Assembly (NCBI GenBank): GCA_036170915.1 | Contig: JAVHQC010000034.1 | Span: forward strand, 49,492-113,491 | Direction: 5' to 3' | Source: Cyanobacteria bacterium auto_48_18 | GTDB lineage: Bacteria; Cyanobacteriota; Vampirovibrionia; Obscuribacterales; Obscuribacteraceae | Length of the DNA stretch: 64,000 nucleotides | Shown: in pieces, positions 38,726-47,843 of the stretch | How the letters are laid out: every line of letters begins with the position of its first letter | Position numbering within the stretch: position 1 is the stretch's first letter | Program-made: the position numbers and the translations under genes | The notes under the pieces: generated by a model | What the model was told of the DNA's origin: nothing | Databases searched by the model: none | Seen by the model: the letters and a program-made list of their open reading frames with translations, nothing else

Positions 38726-39149
38726 CATTGACGGCGATAATTTAGATAAAGTTGAAAACTCAGAAAATTCGCATGCCCCGGCCTCAACCGCCGAAGTAAA
38801 TCGTTGCCCTCATTGCGGCATTGAAGTGGCAGAAACCGTTGAGACTTGCCCGGTTTGTCACTCTGAACTACTTGGCACATTTAAAATTGATCGCGACTTA
38901 ATTGAAGAAGCCGTTGAGAATCACATTACTTTGCTGGGTCAAGAATTTGATTTGAAAAGTCTGCGGCTGGCCGATGATACTGCTCAGCTAATTGCACGCA
39001 GTAGAATTCGCGAAATTGTTCGCCTCGACGCTTCGGTTCTGACAATTTTTGAACGGGGCATTGTTCTGCAGCATTTGCTCAATATCGTATTCAACTCTCG
39101 AGACGAGCGTGAAGAAGATTGTTTGTCTCAACCTGAAGTTAATGATTAA
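38718..39149 (+). CDS. Hypothetical protein with zinc ribbon
   Basis: CPHCG...CPVC; GTG start overlaps the kinase stop. Confidence 0.65.
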   Translation: MSDIDGDNLDKVENSENSHAPASTAEVNRCPHCGIEVAETVETCPVCHSELLGTFKIDRDLIEEAVENHITLLGQEFDLKSLRLADDTAQLIARSRIREIVRLDASVLTIFERGIVLQHLLNIVFNSRDEREEDCLSQPEVND

Positions 39150-39157
39150 CTAAAACG

Positions 39158-39985
39158 CTATTTTGCTTCCTTAAGATAATCTCGCAGGCCTTCAGGGTCA
39201 TCGGTAATGATTGCATCAACACCAAGAGCACAGGCTTTTTTCCAGCCTTCTTTAGAGTTGACTGTCCAGGTGTTTACTTGCAGACCGGCATCGTGAGCAG
39301 CTTTGACAGTGTCTGGCCGCACGCAATCAAAGTCAGGATTCCAGGCCGTAGCGCCCACTGTTTTTGCGTAGGCGGGCAAATCATAAAAAGCAGAATCGCC
39401 AAGCAAAGCTAATTTATATTTGCTTGTCTGGTCGTGAATTTTTTTCAAAATTATGTGATCGAAAGAACTGATGATAATTTTGTCTGGGTACGGATATTTG
39501 TCCAGTAAAGCCAGAAGTTTAGTGTCAATGTCAGCGTAATTGCTGGGGCAATTTTTTATTTCTACATTGATGGTGAGCTTGCCTTTCACAAGGTCAAACA
39601 CGTCTTCCAGCAATGGCAGCTTTTCATCTTTAAATTCTGGCTTGTACCAGGTGCCGGCATCTAGTTTTGAGAGGGTCTTCCAGTCGGCGTCGCCAACAAG
39701 ACCGGTACCGTTTGTGGTGCGCTCAAGGCTGTCATCATGAATTACTACCAGCTCACCGCTTTTGCATACGTGAATATCTAATTCAATACCGTCAACTTTG
39801 GCCTCTAAACTTTTTTTGAAAGCGGCCATACTGTTTTCTGGTGCCCAGCGCTTGCCGCCGCGGTGTGCCACTATCAGTGGAGTGTGCGCTAATTTATTTG
39901 CAGCCATGGCAGGTAATCCTTTGTTGATTGGCATTGAAAAAGACACAGTGCCAGCAATCAGTGCTGAGAGTGCCAGCGTCTTCAT
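39158..39985 (-). CDS. Glycerophosphodiester phosphodiesterase (GDPD), secreted
   Basis: VAHRGG, APENS, IELDIH, VIHD, NVEIK, SSFD, WTVN, IITD; start at MKTLALS. Confidence 0.93.
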   Translation of the reverse strand: MKTLALSALIAGTVSFSMPINKGLPAMAANKLAHTPLIVAHRGGKRWAPENSMAAFKKSLEAKVDGIELDIHVCKSGELVVIHDDSLERTTNGTGLVGDADWKTLSKLDAGTWYKPEFKDEKLPLLEDVFDLVKGKLTINVEIKNCPSNYADIDTKLLALLDKYPYPDKIIISSFDHIILKKIHDQTSKYKLALLGDSAFYDLPAYAKTVGATAWNPDFDCVRPDTVKAAHDAGLQVNTWTVNSKEGWKKACALGVDAIITDDPEGLRDYLKEAK

Positions 39986-39989
39986 CCTG

Positions 39990-41507
39990 TTAAAAACGGA
40001 TGCCCATGCCATTGTTGTAACCACCATATCCACCACCGTATCCGCCGTAGCCGCCGCCGTTATACAAAGAGCCGCCATAATTGTTATAGCCGCCAGTGTT
40101 GAAATTCATCATGCCTGAACTCATAGAGCCGGCAGCCATCGTGGCCGCCGCGCCTAGAGCTTTAGCCAGGCCACGCAAAAGAGGATGCCCGTTCTTTTGT
40201 TGATTTTGTGCCGCACCAGCGGTGGTGCTATTTTCGGTTGCCTGACCAGTCTGATTGTATTGCTCGGCAGCGGCTGGTTGATAGCCTTGCGCCGCTTGCG
40301 CTGGTTGGTAGGCTGGAGGCTGATATGCGGATGGCTGTTGATATCCTGATGGCTGTTGATATGCTGCTTGTTGCTGATAACCGGCTTGTTGACCGTAAGC
40401 TGGCTGCGTAGCGTATGCATCAGGTGAAGCTAAATTTTGCAGATTCTGCTGGCTGGGCATATGAAACCCCGGGCCAGGGTTGTAGGAAGTTTGATAATTT
40501 GACGGGTAAGCAGGTGGTGCTTGCGGTGCATGACTAATACCGTACTGCTGTTGTGAATTGTACTGGCTTTGAGCTGATTGACCAGGATAAGTATGAACAG
40601 ATTGACCGGGCTGACCAGGCTGACCAGGCTGACCAGGCTGACCAGGGTAATTAGCTGACCGGCCACTATCGCTGTCACCGCCCATGGCTGTGACACCAGG
40701 CCCGGTGCCTTTGGTCAAGTGCACGGCATTAGTAAGAGTATCCAGCTGCTCCTTAATTCCGGCATTGGTATCAGGCGGTTGATTGGCAAAAACAATGCCT
40801 TCTAAAGTTTGCACTCTTTCAATTAATGGCTTGGAATTGTAGGTTTGACCAATTACTTTATTTTCTAGCCATTCTACTGCGCTCAAATACTGGCGTTCGA
40901 CACTGGGTGATAAAGTCTTTTCCCAATACTGCTCAAGCTTGTCGGTGCGCGCGCTTAAATCGTCATCTTTACTTGGTTTACCAAAAGCCTTGGTCTCGAG
41001 TTGTGAAAGCCTTGAAGCCAGTGGCATCTGCTTATATTTTTGTCCAAAAATCAGCTGTTCCAGTTCGTCCACACGCGGATAATCAGTGCTTGCCAGAGCG
41101 GCACTGTCTGCAGCGGAAATATTGCGAGAATTTCCGCTATTGCCGCTATTTCCTGGGGCACCACCAACGGTGTTATTACCACCATCACTTGAGCCGCTTG
41201 TTCCGCCTGGTGTGGCATCAGCATCGGCCACTACTTTTTGCAGGTCGGCTAAACGAGTACTATCGTCTCCAGTTTTAGCTTCGCCGAAAACCAGTTTTTC
41301 AATACGTGTCAGCCGCTCTTCTTCTGTATCGGTGGGGTAAGTGTGCTGGAAGAAATGACCTTCTAGTTTGGTCAAGGCATTAGAGTCTGCCCAGGCCGGT
41401 TGGCCGCACCACTGGGTCAGCGCAAAAAAGGCAAGTGTTGCCGAGAGGCCCGCTGTTAAGGCCAATTGCTTATTTCTGGAGCTTGTCTTGATTTGCTTTT
41501 TGAACAT
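39990..41507 (-). CDS. Secreted repeat protein with Q/Y/G-rich low-complexity C-terminal half
   Basis: Signal peptide; three LE-x3-(F/I)-x3-Y-x7-R(L/V)-x2-(L/I)E repeats; PGQ, YQQ and GGY tracts. Confidence 0.8.
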   Translation of the reverse strand: MFKKQIKTSSRNKQLALTAGLSATLAFFALTQWCGQPAWADSNALTKLEGHFFQHTYPTDTEEERLTRIEKLVFGEAKTGDDSTRLADLQKVVADADATPGGTSGSSDGGNNTVGGAPGNSGNSGNSRNISAADSAALASTDYPRVDELEQLIFGQKYKQMPLASRLSQLETKAFGKPSKDDDLSARTDKLEQYWEKTLSPSVERQYLSAVEWLENKVIGQTYNSKPLIERVQTLEGIVFANQPPDTNAGIKEQLDTLTNAVHLTKGTGPGVTAMGGDSDSGRSANYPGQPGQPGQPGQPGQSVHTYPGQSAQSQYNSQQQYGISHAPQAPPAYPSNYQTSYNPGPGFHMPSQQNLQNLASPDAYATQPAYGQQAGYQQQAAYQQPSGYQQPSAYQPPAYQPAQAAQGYQPAAAEQYNQTGQATENSTTAGAAQNQQKNGHPLLRGLAKALGAAATMAAGSMSSGMMNFNTGGYNNYGGSLYNGGGYGGYGGGYGGYNNGMGIRF

Positions 41508-41687
41508 GAGAAAGCCGATTATAGCGTATGCATCTGGCCCTGCTTGCCAATGATGGCGGGAAATCAGGTGGTAAGCCGCGGCGGATAAAAACTGGTTAAC
41601 ATTGTCTGGTATACTACGGCGAATATTATTGCCCGCCTTGCCAAACTGTTATAAAGGGTTACCTTCAGATAGATTGTGGAGTAGTTC

Positions 41688-42353
41688 ATGTCCGAAAGCT
41701 GGGAAGAACTGGTGGCTCACGCAGACCAGGCCTCTGATCAAAACCAGTTTGAGAATGCCAAAAGCAGCCTGGAAAAGGCGCTTGAATTGGCTAACGATTT
41801 TCCTGCTCGAGACGCACGCCTACTGACTAATTTGCAGAAACTGGCGGAAGCCAGCCACCGGTCTGGCCACGACGATCTGGCCGAAGAACATTTGAAGCGG
41901 GCTATTGCGGTCACCACGGCACAATTTGGCCCTCATTCTAAGAATGTGGCTGATGTTTCCAATCAACTGGCTAGCCTGTATTACGAGAAAAAACGTTTCG
42001 CCGAGGCTGAGACTATTTGCCGCAAAATAGTCAGCACTTACGAGAAAAGTTTGGGCTCAAAGCATATTGAAGTAGGCAAGGTGGCGCAAAATTTGGCCAT
42101 GATTTTGCAAGAGCAAAGCAAACTTGACGAAGCAGAAAAGTTCTATGAAAAATCGCTGAGCATCATGCGTGAGCATGCAGGGCCTTTTGATTCAGACATC
42201 ATTTCACTGATGGAAAATTACGCCAATTTGTTGCGAAGTTCCGGACGCAGTGATGAAGCTGATCACCTGCAGGCTTGTGCGCTAGGCCGCGTTTCAGGCT
42301 CGTTGCGATCAGTCACCAGCACTCGTTTGCCGCGGCTCGAGACACCAAATTAA
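41688..42353 (+). CDS. TPR protein (kinesin-light-chain-like TPR_12)
   Basis: NQLASLYYEKKRFAEAETICRKIVSTYEKSLG and similar 42-aa repeats. Confidence 0.88.
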   Translation: MSESWEELVAHADQASDQNQFENAKSSLEKALELANDFPARDARLLTNLQKLAEASHRSGHDDLAEEHLKRAIAVTTAQFGPHSKNVADVSNQLASLYYEKKRFAEAETICRKIVSTYEKSLGSKHIEVGKVAQNLAMILQEQSKLDEAEKFYEKSLSIMREHAGPFDSDIISLMENYANLLRSSGRSDEADHLQACALGRVSGSLRSVTSTRLPRLETPN

Positions 42354-42364
42354 TTTTGACCTGA

Positions 42365-42580
42365 CTAGTCTGGCCAGGGAGCCACAGCTTTCTGCTCTGC
42401 GCCCTGAAATGGTCCTACGTGAGCCAAGATTTCGCCATACTGGGCATGGTCAGGGGCGTAGCGCAGTACAGCACTGCCCATAGTTCCATCATCGGCTTGA
42501 GCTTTTAAATGCAGAACCACTGTGCCATCAGCTTCTTGCCAGCAAACACCAATTGATTGAGATAAATCTTGTTCGTCCAT
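42365..42580 (-). CDS. Small hypothetical protein (71 aa)
   Basis: DGTVVLHLKA...YAPDHAQY..IL.HVG...PWP; fills the intergenic space. Confidence 0.7.
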   Translation of the reverse strand: MDEQDLSQSIGVCWQEADGTVVLHLKAQADDGTMGSAVLRYAPDHAQYGEILAHVGPFQGAEQKAVAPWPD

Positions 42581-42674
42581 ATTTTTCTCTTGATTGACCC
42601 ACTTATTTTAAGCCAGTCGACTGCTCTGTTGCCGCTTAAGCTAAAATAGAGCTGGTTTTTGCAATACAGCCAGG

Positions 42675-43787
42675 ATGTGGCAAACTATGGCGCCAGACAT
42701 GCTTCCCGAAATTCAGACTGGTTTTCTACACGCTTATTTCATTTATTCTGTGGCTGACTCGCTCAAGCTTAGCGCGGTGCAGCTCGCCCAGGGCAAGATG
42801 GAACAAGCTCAAATTAAACTGACCGATGTGCCAGCTCCAGAATATATAAAGTTTGCCGTTGTACCGCTTGTGGCTGAGCTTCCAGACATTGTCATTGATG
42901 GTCAAGCTGCCTCCGTGCGGGTAAAGCTCTATGATTATGGCTCTGTCGCCCTGCGCATCACTGTGGCAACTTCAGGCTCGTGGCAGAATTTCGCCGCACT
43001 GGCCAGACGGTTCAAAAATTCTCAAGAACTGCCAGTGCAGGCGCAGATGATTCTTGACGGCATACTCAAAGAGATTCAACCCGCCATTTCGAAACCGCAC
43101 AAAATTTTGCTGGAAGATTATTTTGTCAGCGAAGTGCAAGAGTTTAAAGGTGCTGTCACCTCCTCACAGTTGTTGAACGATTACCGTGTGCCTTTGTCGA
43201 GTCTCGTAGCTGGTGAAGAGCGCGCGCTTTCGCCTGCTGAGCAAGATGAAGTATTGAAAGTCAATTTCAGTTATATGGAATGCGAACTGGCGGTGCTCAC
43301 ATGGGATATAGCCTTTGTCTTCGATAATCGCGAAGGGGCTAATACCGTAGATAGTATTATCGAATTTGCCAATACCCAGTTGGTTGAATTGCGCACGTAC
43401 GACAGTTTGCTTGATAGTTATCTCGATGAAATTTACAAATCGAAGGCTGAGCACATGCGCTCAAACTGGCTTCATGGCGGTAAAGTAGCCACCAGGCAAG
43501 CCGAGCGTTTACGCCATCTACTTGTAGATGTGCGCGAATTATCAGATAGGGCCAGCAATGCTCTAAAAATGATCGGTGACGCTTACTATGCCAGGCTTTA
43601 TCGTGGCATGGCTACCAGACTGAGCCTGGCGGAGTGGCAGCACCAGGTGGAAAGCAAGCTGGCAAGCGTCGGTGAGGTCTATCGCTTCACCCATGACCAG
43701 GCAGAAAATGGCCGCAGTGAGTTTCTTGAGTATATGGTAATCGCGCTCATTACCATTGAGGTTCTGATGAATTTCTGGCACCACTGA
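42675..43787 (+). CDS. RMD1/DUF155-like protein
   Basis: LYDYGSV; EFANTQLVELRTYD..LD; GDAYYARLY; LEYMVIALITIE C-terminal TM. Confidence 0.6.
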   Translation: MWQTMAPDMLPEIQTGFLHAYFIYSVADSLKLSAVQLAQGKMEQAQIKLTDVPAPEYIKFAVVPLVAELPDIVIDGQAASVRVKLYDYGSVALRITVATSGSWQNFAALARRFKNSQELPVQAQMILDGILKEIQPAISKPHKILLEDYFVSEVQEFKGAVTSSQLLNDYRVPLSSLVAGEERALSPAEQDEVLKVNFSYMECELAVLTWDIAFVFDNREGANTVDSIIEFANTQLVELRTYDSLLDSYLDEIYKSKAEHMRSNWLHGGKVATRQAERLRHLLVDVRELSDRASNALKMIGDAYYARLYRGMATRLSLAEWQHQVESKLASVGEVYRFTHDQAENGRSEFLEYMVIALITIEVLMNFWHH

Positions 43788-43795
43788 GGTGACAA

Positions 43796-44467
43796 GTGTT
43801 TTCTGGCCGCACCATTTTTCTAGTTTTGCTGCCACTGTTATGGTGCCCTTGTGCTTTGGCCGACTTTGACCCGACAGAAATTGAACGGGTTTATAAAGCT
43901 AGAAAGTACGCCGAAGTAGAGCATATAGCTCGAGTGCGCATGGCTATAGATCCATACGATGTGCGGGCAAGATACTTTTTGGCCGGCGCACTCTTGCACC
44001 AGAAGAGGCCTCAAGAAGCGCTAATTCAGTACGAAGCCTGCATCAAGCTAGGTGGTGAAACTCCTCTGGCAAAAATGTCTCGCCAGGCAATAGCCAGCAT
44101 TAAGCAAAATCCAAAAGCTTTTACCGCACCAGCGAAAGTGGTGCCAAAAGTAGCCGTTCCTGCTGCACCGGTAGAAGACCCAGACATTGTAGAGCGCAAA
44201 GCCAGAGTGCAGAAAGAGTTAGAAGAAGCTCTCAATGTGCACCGCCGGGCAAAAGTGGAACAGTTGAATAAAATTGCCAATGACGAGCAAGACGCCATCG
44301 AAGCCGCTAACACAGCCAGGCCTGAGCGCGACACGCTGATTCGCGCAGCGCTGGATGATGCCCAAGAAAAGCGGGCAAGACTGGAGCGCATTTATGCTGA
44401 CATTGAGAAGCGAACCACTCAAGCGTATCAAGAACGCATCAGTGCTCTCACCAAAAGAAAAAAATAA
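43796..44467 (+). CDS. Secreted TPR/coiled-coil protein
   Basis: Signal peptide; ARYFLAGALLHQKRPQEALIQY. Confidence 0.7.
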   Translation: MFSGRTIFLVLLPLLWCPCALADFDPTEIERVYKARKYAEVEHIARVRMAIDPYDVRARYFLAGALLHQKRPQEALIQYEACIKLGGETPLAKMSRQAIASIKQNPKAFTAPAKVVPKVAVPAAPVEDPDIVERKARVQKELEEALNVHRRAKVEQLNKIANDEQDAIEAANTARPERDTLIRAALDDAQEKRARLERIYADIEKRTTQAYQERISALTKRKK

Positions 44468-44477
44468 ACCAGAGTAT

Positions 44478-46241
44478 CTATTCTTCTGTGGCTCGGGCAA
44501 TAGCAAGACCCGCTTTTACAAGCCCTGCTGGGCCGCCTTCGTACACTAAGAAGCGTTCTTGCCAGGCGGGGTCAAACTTAGCTTTATAGCTGCGCAAGCC
44601 TTTGTATGAGAAAAAACGATTAAGATGTTCGTAGACTTGATGCAAAGCTTTCTCTTCAAGGGGATCATCTGCACTTTCGCCAACGCCAGATAGAGCAGCT
44701 AAACCGAGGCTGAAATACTTGAAGTTTTCAGACTGCAATTGCGTTAAAAGCTTGGCGAAAAGATAATCCATCGCGCCGCTTGGTGCATCTTCGCCATGCC
44801 GCATCATGTCTATGGTGACTTCGCCTTCGGCGTAAGATCTGATTTGATTGACAAAAGCCACTGCCACACCTTGCGGGTTGCGCATGACAAACAAATCGTT
44901 TTCTTGTAATTGTTCGCGGTCAAATTGACCAAGGCTGAACCCGCGTTCTCTTCGGCCAGGCAGGGCAAGCCATGCTTTTGAAACTGCTTCCACTTCGCTC
45001 AAAACTGAATCGGCAATTGGTGGTGAGTATCTTTGCAGGACATAACCTTCTTTATCAAATTTTTTAACAACCGCTTTAAATGTCTTTTTGCTAGCTGTTT
45101 TTGCTACAAATTGAGCTAAATCTATTACTCCATCTTCGCCCACTTTTACCGTCTTGAAGCCGTTCTCGTGATAGATTTCGAGATAATCTGGAGTAGTTTG
45201 TAGAAATGCTACTTGCCAGCCGTTTTCGTGGCAATGCTGCTTGAAGTCTCTGACTAAATCGTGCAATTTTTCTTTTGGCCCAGAGGCGTCGCCCAGCGCG
45301 ATCGCCACATTGAGTTCTGTCTTGTAAGCAATGAAGGCGTCTTTATCGCTGTTAAAATAGAACGATTTGTCGGGCAATAATTTAAATATATCAAGAGACG
45401 TACGGCCGCTCTGCTCAAGAATTGTGGCAGCCAGATCGTGTTCGAGTGGTTGAGTAAGAAGCTTATAGCGAATTGGTCTGAAGGCACTATATATGATGGC
45501 GGCACCAGCCATCATGCCAGATAGTTGCAATGACTCGATAAACCATTTGCCAAACCGCGTGTGCGGCGTAAGATCGCTATTGCCGGTGAGAGACAACTCT
45601 TTTATTGTCTGCAAGAAAGCTTCATTGAGCTGATAATTGACGCCAAGATCATTTTTGTCGAGCATGAAAAAGCCGACGCATCCGTAAAGAATCAACGCCA
45701 CAAGAGAAATGGAAATAATTTTGGCGGTTTCTAAAAACGACTCTTTTTCGCTTCGAACTGTAAAATGTGATTTGGTCGAGAGCAAGCATACGAGCGCGAT
45801 CACAGTGGGCAGAGCTGAATATAAGGGCAATTGCAGCGCCAGTTGAGGATCTTGAAAGAAGTGAATGCGCTCGCTGCCTATTCTAGCCAGGAGCAAAATA
45901 AGTGAGAAGGTGGAAATAGAAAATGCCAGCCACCAGGCGGTGCGCTTGCGCTGATAAAGATTGATACTGAGAAAGATGAGCATGTAGCCAAAGGCAATGG
46001 TAAGCGAATTGCTGAGGTGATAGTACTCGTACGGCACAAGCATATTGAACAAACGTGGGTGGTGCGAGAGTCGCACTACAAGCGGCTCCCAGGTGCCGGC
46101 CAGGCCGCTAAGTAGTGTGATGCTGGCGACGAACATCACCGGCCAGTTGATACGCTTAAAGTTTGCCTGAGCGGGCGCAGCTGGTTTTGCCTGAGGCAAA
46201 GACTGGGGAAAACTAGAATCATCTGGTTCTAGATCAGTCAT
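44478..46241 (-). CDS. Aminoacyl-phosphatidylglycerol synthase (MprF-like DUF2156 domain with short TM region)
   Basis: PDKSFYF, ALGD..G, KVGEDG, ERGFSLG, IDMMRH...P.GAMDYLF, FSLGLA, FSYKGLRSYKAKFDP.W. Confidence 0.88.
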   Translation of the reverse strand: MTDLEPDDSSFPQSLPQAKPAAPAQANFKRINWPVMFVASITLLSGLAGTWEPLVVRLSHHPRLFNMLVPYEYYHLSNSLTIAFGYMLIFLSINLYQRKRTAWWLAFSISTFSLILLLARIGSERIHFFQDPQLALQLPLYSALPTVIALVCLLSTKSHFTVRSEKESFLETAKIISISLVALILYGCVGFFMLDKNDLGVNYQLNEAFLQTIKELSLTGNSDLTPHTRFGKWFIESLQLSGMMAGAAIIYSAFRPIRYKLLTQPLEHDLAATILEQSGRTSLDIFKLLPDKSFYFNSDKDAFIAYKTELNVAIALGDASGPKEKLHDLVRDFKQHCHENGWQVAFLQTTPDYLEIYHENGFKTVKVGEDGVIDLAQFVAKTASKKTFKAVVKKFDKEGYVLQRYSPPIADSVLSEVEAVSKAWLALPGRRERGFSLGQFDREQLQENDLFVMRNPQGVAVAFVNQIRSYAEGEVTIDMMRHGEDAPSGAMDYLFAKLLTQLQSENFKYFSLGLAALSGVGESADDPLEEKALHQVYEHLNRFFSYKGLRSYKAKFDPAWQERFLVYEGGPAGLVKAGLAIARATEE

Positions 46242-46244
46242 AGA

Positions 46245-47843
46245 TCAAGCCAGATCCTCCAGAATTTCTTCTGCCTTTTTATAGCGATTAGCAGTATCAA
46301 GTTTGGTTGCTTTTTCAATAATTTTTGCCAGCTTAGGGCTAGCTTCGTCAGGCCGCAGTTTTAAATTGGTTATTGGTTCAGGCTGTTTGCCCGTAGACAT
46401 GAAAAAGAGCGTGGCGCCAAGTGAATAAATATCGCTTTGCCAGGTGGCTTTGCCACGAAACTGCTCAGGAGCAATGTAGTGAGGCTTGCCTACTACTGAG
46501 CCTGTAACATTAGAAGTGACTGACTGGGCCACAGAAAAATCAAGCAACTTTATTTGACCGTCTTCTCCCAATATCAAATTGTCGGGAGTAAAATCGCGGT
46601 GCACTACTGGTGGTGTTTGATTGTGCAAGTATTGCAGAATGGTGCACATTTGCGCTGTGAGCTCTTCGACTGTTTTAGCCGGAAATGCGCCTTGCTGATC
46701 GACATAGTCTTTTAACGTGACACCATCAAGCTTTTCTAGCACCAGATAGGCCCGGTGGTCTTCAAGAAATAGCTCGTAAAATTTGACAATCTGCGGGTGA
46801 GAAAGTTTACCCAGCAGATCTGCTTCTTCTTGAAATTTAATAGCCGCCGCTTTGCGCACTCTGGTATCAGGAAAAACCGGCAAGAGAAATTCTTTTAAAA
46901 CAATCTCTCTTTCGCTTTCATTTTTAGCTTGATTGTCCTGAGCAAGATACACTGTGCCCTGGCCACCCATGCCGATTTTACTAATAATAGAGTAGCGGCC
47001 GTTATGCAACTGGGCGCCCAGCTCGAGCGGAGTTAGTTTGTTTCGTTTCGGTGGAGCTGACAGTTCTTTCAACCAGAGCGCCGTGTAGCTCTGTTTCTCT
47101 GGGGCTAATTCAAAAGGTTCAAGCATCTCATCGTCGATGCGATCGCTAAAAGCATCTTTCACGGCTGCGACAAATGTAGCTCTATCGTTGGCTTTGAGAA
47201 TGTCACCGTAGCGTATTTTGACCGCTTCTTTGGCGCCCCGGCGAAATATAAACTGATAGTCAAGGTTAGAGCGTGTCGCTTTTGGCCGTATTATTTCTAT
47301 TTCCGTAACTGTGCTGAAGTCAAGCTGCTCTTTCTCCTGATAGATCACTTGATTTTTTGCTGCACCAGATGAGGTGCCGAAGCTGAGGCCCTTTTTTGTC
47401 AAACAGAGAGCATTAGCACCACTTAGAATGCGCCAAGTTAAAAAGGCGATGGCGCCCGCGCCGCAGTTGATAAGCAGAATAACGGTGGACTGAAAGCCAG
47501 TTAGCAGCGGTGCCATATCCTGGCTAATGCCCATTTGTAGAAACGGTTTCAGACTGTTGATGTAGGCTATGGTGAGCGGGAAGATCAAGGACTGTAGAAT
47601 GCCGATCTGACCGAGAATAAAAAGAAAAAACGGCGCTATGGCTGTGATAATGGCCAGCCTTGAAGCTGTGGGTGTAAACCAGAGAAAGAAATCAGCTCTC
47701 GGCATATAAGCCATAACATCTTTGCTGTCGAGCAAATTAGGAGTTTGACTGGCTATCTCTGGGAGATTACGTGTCGTGCTTTGAACCAGGCTAGGAACCG
47801 GTTTTGTTTTTTCAGGAGGATTTTCTTGCAAGGGCTCAAGCAT
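46245..47843 (-). CDS. Membrane Ser/Thr kinase-like protein (N-terminal TMs, C-terminal kinase; HRDFTPDN, DFS)
   Basis: IGMGGQGTVY, VLKE, HRDFTPDN, LDFS, YIAPEQ, SDIYSLG. Confidence 0.88.
   Translation of the reverse strand: MLEPLQENPPEKTKPVPSLVQSTTRNLPEIASQTPNLLDSKDVMAYMPRADFFLWFTPTASRLAIITAIAPFFLFILGQIGILQSLIFPLTIAYINSLKPFLQMGISQDMAPLLTGFQSTVILLINCGAGAIAFLTWRILSGANALCLTKKGLSFGTSSGAAKNQVIYQEKEQLDFSTVTEIEIIRPKATRSNLDYQFIFRRGAKEAVKIRYGDILKANDRATFVAAVKDAFSDRIDDEMLEPFELAPEKQSYTALWLKELSAPPKRNKLTPLELGAQLHNGRYSIISKIGMGGQGTVYLAQDNQAKNESEREIVLKEFLLPVFPDTRVRKAAAIKFQEEADLLGKLSHPQIVKFYELFLEDHRAYLVLEKLDGVTLKDYVDQQGAFPAKTVEELTAQMCTILQYLHNQTPPVVHRDFTPDNLILGEDGQIKLLDFSVAQSVTSNVTGSVVGKPHYIAPEQFRGKATWQSDIYSLGATLFFMSTGKQPEPITNLKLRPDEASPKLAKIIEKATKLDTANRYKKAEEILEDLA

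Noticed and set aside
39986..40078. Extended N-terminus of GDPD in the ORF track
   Set aside because: Overlaps the GGY tail of the upstream gene in another frame; ATG 39985 gives a proper signal peptide.
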